Source: Octopus sinensis (taxonomy: Eukaryota). Taken from it: a stretch of 64,000 nt of DNA. How positions within the stretch are numbered: position 1 is the first letter of the stretch; the number at the start of each line of letters is the position of its first letter. The position numbers and the translations under genes were made by a program. Of the stretch, positions 23,693-36,672 are shown one piece after another. Below the pieces are notes generated by a model. That model was not told where the DNA came from, made no database searches, and saw only the letters and a program-made list of their open reading frames with translations. The stretch is from the NCBI RefSeq assembly GCF_006345805.1, contig NC_043003.1, positions 70,990,001 through 71,054,000 of the forward strand. Reading direction: 5' to 3'.

Positions 23693-23755
23693 TTTCAGAC
23701 ACCCAAAGAGCAAGAGCATGTCGTTGATAAGGTCGCGAATAGTGACGAAAGGACT
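23693..23755 (-). CDS. Candidate 63-nt internal exon of an unidentified host gene
   Basis: Acceptor TTTTTCTGTCAG, donor AAA|GTAAGT, length divisible by 3, two open frames (SPFVTIRDLINDMLLLFGCLK or SFRHYSRPYQRHALALWVSE); no homology recognised. Confidence 0.3.
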
Positions 23756-24431
23756 CTGACAGAAAAAGCTAACAACCAATTAATGATTGTTCAATCAAAA
23801 TATTAAACAAACCATTGAATAATTAGTTAGTAAAATAAAGAAGCGGTATTGAACCAGCGCGTGTGTTTATTTAAATTTTTATTAGCATAACGATTCTCCC
23901 TAGACAACTAATAGCAAGACATGTGCAAATATATTTAAATAGGAATACCATATACAGTTCATTTGAACGTGTTAAACAATTGTAGCTAGTGTTTTGCTTT
24001 TAAGAACATAATTCTTTATAAAGCTCCATAAAAAATATAAATAATAGCTATGGATAAAAGTGAAAGAGCTTGTAAATACACGGGGATTACTATTTAATGC
24101 AGAGTTGAATAAGGCCGTTTCGTTATTGAAGAATTGTAGGCTTAACTATTTTAACAAATATTAAATTGCTTTTGAATGCTTGCCTTGAATTTCAAGTTTG
24201 TAATGCTGTTGACTAATTAGATTGTTTAATGCAATTAGTGTCTTTCAGCTTTTATTGGCACGTGTTTATCGTCAATTTGGATGTATAGCCGGAAGTCGAA
24301 GTACTGTATCTTAGGCATGGGGAACAAAATAATTTGTTTCTACACTTTTCGTTCTATTTTTCACCCCCTCATGATGTCTAAAGAAAAGAGACTATAATAC
24401 GCAGCTAAAATTAGATTTTAATGAACTTATG

Positions 24432-24464
<33 letters not shown>

Positions 24465-24794
24465 AAAAGAAAAGGAAAAGCCATGGAAATAGAGCTGCCG
24501 AAAGACATTTTGGTCCGCCACAAACTGAAAAAAATGTTAGTTCGATAAAGAAGGAAAACTGAAATTTCCGGCTGCATAAAGGCAAATTGGCAAGATCGCA
24601 AAAATAACTACACAAATGGGTCGCAGATCAGAGAAGGCAAAGACTATCCGTTTCTGTAAATATGATAAATTTTGAAGCAAAGAGGGTAATATATAATAAT
24701 TTAGATTTTGTTGCCCAGAAATTAGTCTTATTGGTTCATGAGATGTAAGGGCTTAGTTATGCGAACCGAAGTGAAAATTGCTCAAAGACTGGCA

Positions 24795-25103
24795 CTTCGT
24801 CGGTTACGATGACGAGGGTTACAGATGAACCGACCAACAAAACAATCCGCTCGTGAAATTAGTGTGCAAGTGGCTGAATACTCCACAGACACATGTACCC
24901 TTAATACAGTTCTCAGAGAGATTAAGTGTGACACAGAATGTGACAAGACTGGCCTTTTGAAATACAGGTATTACTTATTTTTGCCAATTGAGTGGACTGG
25001 AGAAACACGAAATAAAGTGTCTTGTTCAAGGACAAAGCGTCGCCGGGAACTAAACACACGACCTTACGATCGTGAGCCGAATACCCTAACCACTAAGCCA
25101 CGT
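24795..25103 (-). mobile_element. tRNA-derived SINE of another family
   Basis: Minus head CGTGGCTTAGTGGTTAGGGTATTCGGCTCACGATCGTAAGGTCG..GTTCCCGGC; distinct body and tail. Confidence 0.8.
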
Positions 25104-25162
25104 TGAAAAATTGTACTTTTCATAAGTATCTTATGCAATAAAGAAATGAAGTTTTATATGAA

Positions 25163-25460
25163 TTGTCTCTAATATCACACATGGCTGAAACTCCGTTAAC
25201 ATTTAATGATCCAAGCAATCGACCAACTAATATAAAAGGTGGGAAAACTATTACTGTGAAGACTACTAGACATGGAAAAACAGATTTATGCAGTGGTGTA
25301 GCATGTGTAGACGGAACAAAATTACTGCCAATGTTATTCTTTAAAAGGAAAACAATACCCAAAGAAAATTTACCCAGCGAAGCTTACATCCACATATATG
25401 AAAACGGATGGATTGTTCAAGACGAAGCACTACTTCAATTGAAAAAGATTGGTCGAAACG
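25163..25460 (+). mobile_element. pogo-like DDE transposase fragment
   Basis: MAETPLTF..KTITVKTTRHGK..DGTKLLPMLFFKRKT..ENGW. Confidence 0.8.
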
Positions 25461-25509
25461 GCTTGGATTAGTTTAGAGCTCATAAAACAGGAAAAATAAA
25501 AGACAAAGC

Positions 25510-26398
25510 TTAATGAGCTAAAAACAACTCGGTCTTCAAGTGAATCGTCGAAAAACTGAAGTACTCCAATCAGCCTTCAAATACTCACCTCCCTCTCAGT
25601 CCGTCCCGACTGAAGATGTTCCTCTACCGTAGGGTAACTCATTCTGCTATCTTGGAAGCATGGACTCATCGACGAAGAAATACTCCATCGATCAACTTCG
25701 TTTCTGCATCTTTAGGGGACGATTCCTTCGGAACAAAAGCTTGAAAGCAAGTGCAAAAATCTGTTTATCGAACTGTCTGTGTATCCACACTCCTATACGG
25801 GTCTGAGTGCTGGACCCTTTATTGGCCCCAGATCAAACAACTGAAAGCGTTCCATATCAGATCGTTTCAAAGTATTCTCGGTCTAACGTGGAAGTACAAG
25901 GTGCTTCATACTGAAATCCTCCTGAGGGCTACTATCTACAGCATTGAGGCTTGCATCCTTCGTCGTCTTCTCCTTCGGGTTGGCCATGTGATTCGGATGC
26001 CGAGCAACTGGTTCCCAATGATGGTCTTCTTCAGCGAGATTGAGACTGGAAGTAGGCCTTATGGACGTCCAAAACTTCGTTTTCATGATCATCTGAAGCA
26101 GTCTCTCATTTTAAGAGGTATTCATTAATTGGAAGGCGTGGAAGTTCATGAGTGTTGCTGGAGTAGAGCGCTTTGAAACCGAACGCAGGGGACTGCATAG
26201 AGAGAAGAGACGTAATTATCAATCCCCAAGCAGCTGTTGCTCGGGATCACTTTCAGTACCTTCAGTGCCAAAGGATCTGCCTATCTTGTATTGGATATGT
26301 CAGCCTCGTCTGCTCCCATGAGAAACAATATACTAGGGACAGAAGAGGACGAATGTACTCGATTGACGCTGTCATCACTTTTGATGGGCCGTCATAAG
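25510..26398 (+). mobile_element. RTE-clade LINE 3' fragment
   Basis: VYRTVCVSTLLYGSECWTLY..GHVIRMP..RPYGRPKLRFHDHLK. Confidence 0.85.
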
Positions 26399-26423
26399 CA
26401 GTCTGTGCACCTATATAAGTATA

Positions 26424-27637
26424 CTAGCACTATGATCCGGCGTTGCCGGGTCTAGTGCTAGTTGTTCGTTGCCGGGTCGCAGTAAAAATTTCTCACTAAA
26501 TCAAGAGCTAAGTTTCTTATCAGATTTCACACCTGGAATGGCATAATCATGGGAAATTAGCGGGACTGTGCACATGCCATTAGTTGGACAAAAAAGGAGG
26601 CAGAAGAAAGCGAAAAACTCGAATTTGGCCGCAAAATAGCATGATTTTGAAAATACACATAAATCTCGTTTATTGAGTTTTGGTTTCACACCCAACCCAG
26701 TTCTGCGCCAGAAAAGTGCTGACTCCGGCGAAAAAGAAGAGCAATTAGAGCACAAAAACAGCATTCAAAGTGATTTTATGAGTGTGACGCATTGAAGTAA
26801 GTAGTGCAGTAAGGCCAATAGTTATAAGTTCATGACGCATAGAAGCACGTAAGATATCAAGGTTAACTAAGGTAAAAATAACTGGTATGCCTTTTCGCCG
26901 GAAGGCTAATTGGACTCCCGATCCACTGAAATGGATGAGGTTAGGTTTGGAACACAACTAAAACCTAGATTAACCTTACTGAAGGGGGCTCGGGAGCCTG
27001 TAATAGGCAGCTTTTAATCCCGATCTATCACTAACCCATCCTAGGGGTTCTAAATGACATGGCTTTAGAGGAAATTGGCTGTGGAGATGTGCATGGCGGG
27101 TTTGTTTCGGAGAAGGATGACTGCATTTGATTAAGGACCATTGAAGAATGTAGCTTTGGAGATCCTAACTCGTTAATTATTCCCTGCATTTCTCAAATCA
27201 AAAAAGCGTGCACGTTTGAAAGCCAAAACAAAAGATAACGTGTCTTCGCAAAACACAAAAATGCGCTGAGTCATACAGACTGTCTGCAAATGCGCACGCG
27301 CATTCAACTGTCAAGGGTAAAATTATCTCCGTCCAATCAAAAAACAGCTGGCAGTCTATTGGCGTATCTAGCTGTACGCACGCACCGCGTACAAATTTCT
27401 ATGTTTTAGCGATTTTGAATGTATATGCCCATCACTTATGGGCATAAGGGGTCGGTTTATCGATTTTTTAATGGCTTTCTGGGGTAACTGGGGAAATGAA
27501 AAGATCTTCACGACCACCCTCAGACAGTTTTGAAAGCCCATAGAAAATGCGAGCCTTTTACATGAAAAACTGTGAATTTGTATAAAGGACACACAGACAT
27601 ACATATACACAGACATTTTGCCGTTTATAGATATAGA
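26424..27637 (-). mobile_element. Helitron-like non-autonomous element (~1.2 kb)
   Basis: 5' TCTATATCTATAAACGGCAAAATGTCTG at 27637; 3' hairpin GACCCGGCAACGCCGGATC plus ..GTGCTAG|T at 26424. Confidence 0.65.
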
Positions 27638-27679
27638 GCTTTGCGTGTGTGATATGTTTTGTCAAAGATATTTGAGAAG

Positions 27680-28000
27680 GATTCTGAAAATGCACTGGCA
27701 AGAACACCGTAACCAATGAAGGCGTTCTAAAGAGAGCCAACATAAGACCACTTAGCAAAATCATTTCGGAACGAAGATTGAAAATAGCGGGTCATATACT
27801 TCGGTTATCAGAACAACGCCATTCTAAAACAGCTTTCAAATGAACACCGCCAGAAGGAAAAAGAAAGAGTGGTAGGTCGAAAAATACTTGGCGCATAAAC
27901 TACGTGATTGACAAGAGAAAGAAATATCGCATGGGAAGATGTAGAGAAAACCGCAGCTAACAGAAACCCGTAGTGCCAAATTGCTACCCAGAGTACTCAA
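27680..28000 (+). mobile_element. RTE-clade LINE 3' remnant
   Basis: RILKMHWQEH..NEGVLKRANI..RRLKIAGHILRL..GKRKSGRSKNTWR. Confidence 0.75.
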
Positions 28001-29020
28001 GGGTGCTGGAGGAATTGATATTTTTATATGTATAAAACAAAACAAAATCTATTTAATACGGGTTTGAAAATCATATTTGTTAACGACGTGCAAAATGAAC
28101 AACAAATTAAGAAAATGCTCGTAAAATAATTGGATCTTCATAAAAACCGTTCCCAAGAAACATCTCAAATTTTCTACATTGACGTAGTTTTGCATGCTGA
28201 TGATGAAAACCACGTTCATTTTCTAAAGAAGCGAATAAAGAAGTTACAAGTCATATAAATTCTTTACAATTTGAAATGTTAGCCATCAGACGCCTCCATT
28301 GCCGACGTACCGGAAGTTGCGACTGTCTGTGTCACTGGAAACGGTATTAACATTATCATCTATTGTTGTCATAATCACAACTATACCTATTGTTCGTTTC
28401 TAGCTTTTAGCCAGGTTCTTTGAAAGAGCGCAACAAGCTTTATTTTATTTTATTATTTTTTACAAAACGAACATTTCTAGAGCAAATTCTGCAGTTTTGT
28501 GGGAGAGAATAAAGATGGAGGGCTAGCATTAAGGTTAAAGTTCGCCCGTATCTATGTATATATATACACTGAAAGGTCATATTTAAAGGTTATATAACAT
28601 TTTAATTGTATTTCATTAAACCTTTTCATCTTCATTTGATTTTCGTTTTCTGTCATTAAGGCTTTTCATTTAAGACATACAAAAGAAAAAATAATAATAT
28701 TTGAAAGTTTTTTATGTTTACCTATTCTTATTTCACACATGGAAATTTCGAATTCCGGTATTTCAGCAATGGAAACTTCTGATTGACTAAAATTTCAAAT
28801 TTTAATGCTATAACTTTTATATGATTAATTTCTCTAGAATATACATCAGTGTAGAAGATTTCAATAAAATTGATGGTGCGAAGGATTTTACAATGAGCTT
28901 AAGAATTTAATATGATGCATATTTTTCCCTTCCTAAAAAGGAATTTTCAGTATAAGTACGTAAGTATTTCTCTGCCTATCACAAATGAACTATTATTTTT
29001 CTTTACTGTCTAAAAATATT

Positions 29021-29412
29021 TTCATTCTTTTATGTTTCAGTCATTTGACTGCAGCCATGCTGGAGCACCGCCTTTAGTCGAACAAATGGACTCCAGGACT
29101 TATTCTTTGTAAGCTTAGTACTTATTCTATCGACCTCTTTTGCCGAACCGTTACGTTACGGGGACGTAAATACACCAACATCGGTTGTCAAGCGATGGTG
29201 GGCGGGGGGGGGGGACAAACACAGTCACAAACATATATATATATATATACGACAGGCTTCTTTAAGTTTCCGTCTACCAAATCCACTCACAAGGCTTTGG
29301 TCGGCCCGAGGCTATAGTAGAAGACACTTGCTCAAGGTGCCACGCATTGGTACTGGACCCAGGACCATGTGGTTGGTAAGGAAGCAATTTACCACATAGC
29401 CACTCCTGCGCC
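29021..29412 (-). mobile_element. SINE family A, full length
   Basis: Reverse complement of 34599-35008. Confidence 0.9.
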
Positions 29413-30545
29413 TATATTTGGAAATATATATAGTATATTTATTTCTGTTAACCTGGCTCGTTCGACACTACACATTAACTATGTATTTTATCAAACGGTT
29501 AGACTTGTTCATTAATCTGCTGTAAAACAATTATGTTGGAATTCAACAGTCGTTGTGACAAAAAATTTCTCCAATTAAATACATTGTGTTTGTTCTCTCA
29601 CCTTCCCTACTATCATTCACTTTTACCTCCCCTTCTTTCTGGACAATTTTATTCCTCTCTTTGTTTCGCTCCTCTCTCCCTCCCCTCCCTCTTATTCCTC
29701 TATTTGTTGGTCTCATTTCTCCTATCCTACTATCCTTCATCACCCATTTCTCTGTTTTGTTCATTTTAATCTGTTTAAGTTCTCCCTATACTCGCACTAT
29801 TACTCCTCTAGTCTTGCTTTACTTTCATTTTTGTTTCACCCTATTACGCTCCGACATTCTCTACTTTATCTTTTTTCTGTATTTCTCACCAGTTCTCTAA
29901 CTCGTCTCTTCTTTCTATCCCACATATTTCCATCTTTCGTTCTTTTTCCCCACCATTTTATATTTATTTCGCTGTCAGTTTTTTCGTGTCTATCTATCTG
30001 AATACGCATTTTATTCACCAGTCTATTTTCGTTTTTCCACCCCACTCTCTCTCTCTTTTATACTTTCAGATAGTAATATTCGTTCTTTCAGGAATTTTAA
30101 TATTGGATGTGTGTAGTTGTTGAAATATTTGACGACCTTTTATTTCAAACATTTAAACCACTTGCCATTTTAAATTTTGTCTAAATTTTAGATAATGCCA
30201 AAGCAGTGCAATGAACAGCAAGGGGTTGATGATACTGTTGAAAATTTATAAATGTTCTGAACTGCGACAATTGAAAGCAAAAACATAGCTAAAAAACAGA
30301 CGACACCCACCCACTGCGCGCGCGCACACATACGTACATACGTTGTTTAAATACGTCCATTGATTCAATTGATTGCGCCTCAACTTCGCATATTTTCGGT
30401 ATTGTGTTACCAACTGGCCGTCATAATAGGATGGTTTAGCAAGCATAAAAGTAGAAATTTGGAAAACATTACTGAACGTTAGTTTCTTTCAATTGAAAGG
30501 CCTTGAAAGGTATTCTTGCTTATTCTAACGTAGCATCTAAAATTT

Positions 30546-30989
30546 CGGATCTTTTCGGTTTGAACGGCAGTTTTTTCTAGCGGTGTCATATGAAATTGTC
30601 ACCCATAATTATGACCCTAGAATCGATCTATTGAATTTCAATCTCTTTTAGGGTTAGGGTTAGTTAGGGTTAGGGTTAGGGTTAGGGCTAGGGGTGGGGG
30701 AAGGGTATCTTTTTTTCTTCACAAATGTAAATAAACCCAATCTGTTTCTTAACCGAGGGACATATTCATACGGCACAGAATGCTTTTTAACTCAATAGAC
30801 GTCACTGATTGGTTGAAATTGCAGAAATTGAAGAAAAAACAATAAATATCTTACAAACTGTAGAATTTTCTCAATAAAGCCAAGAGAAAAAGATGTTTTA
30901 TAAACACATTCTACAAGTATACAAAGTTTAAAATTTTTTAGTTACCTAGAAATTATGATAAAAACTGTCGTTCAAACCGAAAATATCCA
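30546..30989. mobile_element. MITE with ~29-bp TIRs and internal (TTAGGG)n
   Basis: TIR GGATCTTTTCGGTTTGAACGGCAGTTTTT; second copy in opposite orientation at 48891-49325. Confidence 0.9.
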
Positions 30990-31644
30990 AAATATCTTAT
31001 AATATGTTTATTTAACAAACGATGTATTATTAAATAGGCGCAGGTGTGATTGTGTGGTAAGAAGCTTGAAACTTTGTCAAGAAGTTTGAAAGGAAAGGCC
31101 GAGGGGAGGGGATTCTGTCATGCACGGAGGACCCTGAGTGACCTTCACATGTGGCTGCGGAGGTCATATGGGAAACCGATCTGTGCAGGATAATGAATTC
31201 CTTCCCAGAGGACTCCTTTAGATGCATGGCTAAGTGGTCCGGCTTCGAAACGTCTTGGTGCTTCAAAACAGCGAGGAGCCATTGTCGAACAGGAAATGTG
31301 ACTGATAATAAAAGTAAGAGGCTTAGTGCCTCACTCTTATTGTGTTTTATTGTATTTTATTGAATCATGTAAGAGGTTTATTACTCATAAATGGTTTTTG
31401 TATTGTAAAAATGTAAGAGGTTTATTGCCTCATAAATGTGTTTTTAGAACTGTGTAAGAGGTTTATTGCCTCGAGTATGAAATATTAAAAAGAACAATGT
31501 CTTCGGGTAAACAGCAATCGGCGGGCGTTGATTGTTGCCCTCATTTTTCACCATTTCATTTGTCATTCATATCATTATGTGTGTGTCCAGCCCACAGCTT
31601 CCTTTCTGTGTAAGGCCCTTGTGGCAAATTAAATGAATAAAAGA

Positions 31645-31782
31645 AACTTGCTTCTCAACCACATGGTTCCGGGTTCAGTCCCACTGCATGGTACCTTGGG
31701 CAAGTGTCTTCTATTATAGCCTTGAGCCGACCAAATCCTTGTGAGTGGATTTAGTAGACGGAAACTGAAAGAAGCACGTGGT
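31645..31782 (+). mobile_element. SINE family A, 5' fragment
   Basis: AACCACATGGTTCCGGGTTCAGTCCCACTGC..GGAAACTGAAAGAAG. Confidence 0.85.
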
Positions 31783-31820
31783 ATGTATATATATATATAT
31801 ATATACATACATATATATAT

Positions 31821-31912
<92 letters not shown>

Positions 31913-31976
31913 TATATATATAATATATACATACATATATATATATATATACACATATATACATACATATATATAT

Positions 31977-32009
<33 letters not shown>

Positions 32010-32121
32010 AATTTATATGTATAAAAAAATTTTTAATCTTCGGATTTTTTAAAAATATGCTAGGCCACTGTTTTAATTGATTACTATCAATTTCTACCCT
32101 TATTTAATTATATATATATTT

Positions 32122-32350
32122 ATTTTTTACTGACCACAAGGGGCTAAACATAGAGGGGACAAACAAGGACAGACAAAGGGATTAAGTCGATTACATCGAC
32201 CCCAGTTCGTAACTGGTACTTTATTTATCGACCCCGAAAGGATGAAAGGCAAAGTCGACCTCGGCGGAATTTGAACTCAGAACGTAACGGCGGACGAAAT
32301 ACGGCTACGCATTTCGCCCGGCGTGCTAACGTTTCTGCCAGCTCACCGCC
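32122..32350 (-). mobile_element. SINE family B, full length
   Basis: Minus head GGCGGTGAGCTGGCAGAAACGTTAGCACGCCGGGCG..GAGTTCAAATTCC. Confidence 0.92.
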
Positions 32351-32351
32351 A

Positions 32352-32387
<36 letters not shown>

Positions 32388-33671
32388 TTGGGTTGTCCGG
32401 AAAGTTCGTGCCGATTTTTAAAGGAAAGAAAAAGGTCAATGAATACTTACCATTACAATTTTAATCAACCAAAAATGAACCATTTTGTTGCATAATGCAT
32501 CTCCATCTTTCCTTTAACTTGAAAATACCGTCTTCCCAGAACTGAGGTGGTTTCATGGAAAATAATTCATCAAGGTATCTTTTTACGTCATCCAAGGAAT
32601 TTAAATTTTTACTATTAAGACTATTCTGCAGAGACCTGAATAAGTGGAAATCCGAAGGAGCAATATATGGTGAATATGGAGGGTGGGGTAATACATCCCA
32701 GCCGAAATGCAGCAATTTTGTCTGGTTCCCCAAAGAAAAGTGCGGTCTTGCATTATCATGTTGGAAAACAACACCCTTTCTGTTGGCCAATTCTGGACGT
32801 TTCTCTTGAATTGCTGCTTTTAATTCGTCCAGTTGTGTGCAGTATTTCTCAGAATTAATTGACTGGTTACTTGGGAGAAGCTCATAGTACAGAATTCCCT
32901 TCCAATCCCACCAAACACAAAGCAAGACTTCTTTAGGGTGAAGACCCGCTTTTCGGGTGGCTAAGGGTGGCTCATGTCGCTTACTCCGAGATAGCTTTCT
33001 CTGAACATTTCGGTAGATAATCCATTTCTCATCACCTGTCACAATTTGCTTTAAAAAAGGCGCGTTTTCATTCCGTTTATAAAGCGAATCACAGATGGAA
33101 ATGCGATCCAAAAGGTTCCTCTCACTCAACTCATGTGGTACCCAAACATCGTAGCGATTTGTATACCCAAGATTTACCAGGTGCTCATGAACGACGGATT
33201 TTGATAGGCTGAGGCTTTCTGCCAATTCTCGGGTTGTGCAATGTGGGTTATTCTCAATTAATGACTTGATTTGGTCATCATCTGTAGTGGATGGTCTACC
33301 TGATCGCTCTTTATCAATAAGACTACAATCTCCAGCATGGAACCTTGCGAACGACTTCCGTACAGTTCATTCCTATAAAGAAGCATCACCGTACACTGCG
33401 CATATTTCTTTCGTTGCTTGTGAGACATTTTTCCCTTTACGGAAAAAGAAAAGCATCAAGTGCCGAAAATGAACTATCTTATCTTCCATTTTAAAGGGTT
33501 ACAGAATTAACACAGGTTATAGGAACATAAACCTTCTTCCACGAAAAGATAGTTTAAACTGTACTCTAAATGGAGGTGTAGACAAATCCTATTTTGTGGA
33601 CTCAACCATGTTCTAAAATAAGTCGAAAGGTAAGCTACTATAAATCGGCACGAACTTTCCGGAAAACCCAA
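32388..33671 (-). mobile_element. Full-length mariner (D,D34D; mellifera-like), transposase 32461-33489 with two early stops
   Basis: TIRs TTGGGTT.TCCGGAAAGTTCGTGCCGATTT, TA TSDs; 343 in-frame codons from ATG 33489 with TAG and TGA at codons ~39 and 41; WVPHEL, IVTGDEKW, HDNARPH-34 aa-APSDFHLF. Confidence 0.95.
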
Positions 33672-34214
33672 TATATATCTGTGTGTGCATCTTTTTGTCT
33701 GTGTTTGTCCCCCACCACCGCTCGACAACCGACAAAAGAGACCGATAGAATAAGTACAAGGCTTTTATAAAAGGAAATAAGTCCTGAGATCAATTTGTTC
33801 GACTAAAACATTTCAGGCGGTGCCCGAAGTAAAAGATAAAAGAAAAGATATTAATTTTGATAATTATTTAACTTGAACAATTTTCTCTGCCTGTCTGCCT
33901 GTTTGCTTGCCTGCCTGCATGCCTGCCCCACTCTCTCTCTGCCGTCTTCCCAATGATTATCTCCAAAAGTGATACATGTTGGGAGTTAGGGTTAGGTTCC
34001 CGATGACAAATGGGAAAATAATATCAGTACCATATTTGACTCTATTTTAATATATCTAGTTTTTAAAAATTAAATATATTTTCACTGACTTAGCTTTTAT
34101 TGAAAGAATGTTGGCCCTCACAATCTCTGATGAAATCTCTTGAAATTTGAACCTATACTGAAATTGAACTTTGAAGCCGTGTTGAGAGAATCAAATCGGC
34201 TACACCTGTGTGTA

Positions 34215-34287
<73 letters not shown>

Positions 34288-34297
34288 TGTATGTATG

Positions 34298-34386
<89 letters not shown>

Positions 34387-34387
<1 letters not shown>

Positions 34388-34580
34388 GGCGGTGGCCAGA
34401 TTGGAACAATCTCAATATTAATCAGCCGAAACTGCGAGGATGATCCGGTTCTTGACTGAAGATAAAAAGCTTCGAATGACCCGTCCTTGTTTTTTTGTAT
34501 CGTCTATCTGGATGTTTTGTTGTCCCTTTTTGCATCACCTAGTTGTCCAGATGTTTTGCGTTCTTGTCCCATTTTGTATT
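34387..34580 (+). mobile_element. Interspersed repeat family E
   Basis: Close homolog of 35605-35795; follows (TA)n. Confidence 0.8.
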
Positions 34581-34598
34581 ATATTTTATATATATATA

Positions 34599-35008
34599 GG
34601 CGCAGGAGTGGCTGTGTGGTAAGTAGCTTGTTTACCAACCACATGGTTCCGGGTTCAGTCCCACTGCGTGGCACCTTGGGCAAGTGTCTTCTACTACAGC
34701 CTCGGGCCGACCAAAGCCTTGTGAGTGGATTTGGTAGACGGAAACTGAAAGAAGGCCGTCGTATATATGTATATATATATATATATATGCGTGTGTGTAT
34801 TTGTGTGTCACCCTAGCATTGCTTGACAACCGATGCTGGTGTGTTTATGTCCCCGTTACTTAACGGTTCGGCAAAAGAGACCGATAGAATAAGTACTGGG
34901 CTTACAAAAGAATAAGTCCCGGGGTCGAGTTGCTCGATTAAAGGCGGTGCTCCAGCATGGCCGCAGTCAAATGACTGAAACAAGTAAAAGAGTAAAAGAG
35001 TAAAAGAG
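34599..35008 (+). mobile_element. SINE family A, full-length reference copy
   Basis: Box A TGGCTGTGTGG, box B GGTTCAGTCCC, internal (TA)n(TG)n, (GTAAAAGA)n tail. Confidence 0.95.
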
Positions 35009-35604
35009 TATACACATATAGCGGCGTATGTTCTCTTATATGTAAGTACACATTTTACTAAGTTTTGTACGACTTTTTCAACCATTTCACGCTTCGTTCT
35101 TGCTTCTCCCCTCTCTCTGTCACATTTCTTTGCCTTTCTTACTCACTTTTCTCTTCACTATGTCCCTGTCTCTCTTTTTTTTCTCGCCACTCCTTGATTC
35201 TTCCATCTATCTACTTCTACACACTCTATCTCGCTCTCTCTCTCTCTCTCTCTCTTCTCCCCTCCTTAATTCCTTTGTTCCTCTTTTTCTCTCTCTTCTC
35301 TTCTCACGTGACCGATTGGCCGACTGCTAGCCCTTTTGCGTCTGACCATGGTCACTGCCACATCGATATTCTTCCTTCTGTCGTAAGGCTTCATTTCCAC
35401 ACACGCCAACTGAATTCAGTTCGTCCCCAGTCGAAAGACGCCTGTTGCTATGTCCTGTTATTATTATTGTTATTATTATTGTTATTTTTATTGTATTTTT
35501 GTATTTATATTCGTGTGACATCGTCTGTTTTTCCGTCCTTGTTTTCGAATACATTCAATGCTTTTTTCCAAGGAATCTAATGCTCTTAGCTTAATTTTTC
35601 CTTG

Positions 35605-35795
35605 GGGCTGGCCAGATTGGAGCAATCTCAAGATTAATCAGCCGAAATTGCGAGGATGATCCGGTTCTTGACTGAAGATAAAAGGCTTCGAATGACCCGA
35701 CCTAGTTTTTTTGTATTGTCTATCTGGATGTTTTGTTGTCTCTTTTCGTATCACCTAGTTGTCCGGATGTTTTGCGTTCTTGTCCCATTTTGTAT
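35605..35795 (+). mobile_element. Interspersed repeat family E
   Basis: Homolog of 34387-34580. Confidence 0.8.
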
Positions 35796-35830
35796 TTTAT
35801 TATACATATATATATATATTATATATATAT

Positions 35831-35866
<36 letters not shown>

Positions 35867-35989
35867 ACCGCGTGTGTATTGTTGGCGATTTTTTCCCCTC
35901 CGTCTTCCCTTCTTTGGATCTTTCCTTTTTCTATGTTTCTGACGAACAGCTCCGCTTCTTACTTTCCTTTCCTGAGCGTCCAATAACAC

Positions 35990-36021
<32 letters not shown>

Positions 36022-36440
36022 ATCTAAACATGAAAACACAAAGAGAAAACACAACAACGCGAGGACGAGGAACAAGTATAGTGTTATATATGTATATATA
36101 TATTTGCTTCTTTTCGCTTATCCATTCTCTCCTTTGACTGGGAAACAAAAGTTTCCTTGAAACTGCTGTCCCAAACGGCCTTATTGGTTACTGGTTGTTC
36201 TGTCGATGTCTTTTAATTCGAAGATAGATATTCATTCAATCATACTTTTAATTGGGTATCTGAAGCTGAGAGAAGGAATATTGAAATTCTTGCCGACACA
36301 TGCATACATACACACACGCACGCACGCACACACATACATACATACATACAAATATATATATGAGTATATATACATATATGTTGTCTATACATAAGTACAC
36401 AGGCACACACATAAGAGCGTTGTAGTTCGCTTGAAGCATT

Positions 36441-36672
36441 GTAGTACAGAAGCAGGAAAAGAGAAGGAAAATATAGAAAGCCTCTAACACTGTAGAAAGT
36501 CTTAGAAAAACCTTTATTTTTCAGGTGGAAAGGCCCATCCTTAGAAGGAAAAGCCCAAGACATTTCTTGGACTGCTTCCTTCCGAGGATGGCCCTTTGCA
36601 CATGAAAGATAAAAGTTTTGTAAAACTTTCTGCGTTGCTAGAAGCTTTCTATACATTCGTTTTTCTGCTTCT

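Noticed and set aside
30640-30690. True telomere or chromosome fusion site
   Set aside because: The short tract lies inside a TIR-bounded MITE that is present twice in the window.
31314-31475. CRISPR array
   Set aside because: Eukaryotic context, short degenerate repeats, related spacers of unequal length and no cas genes.
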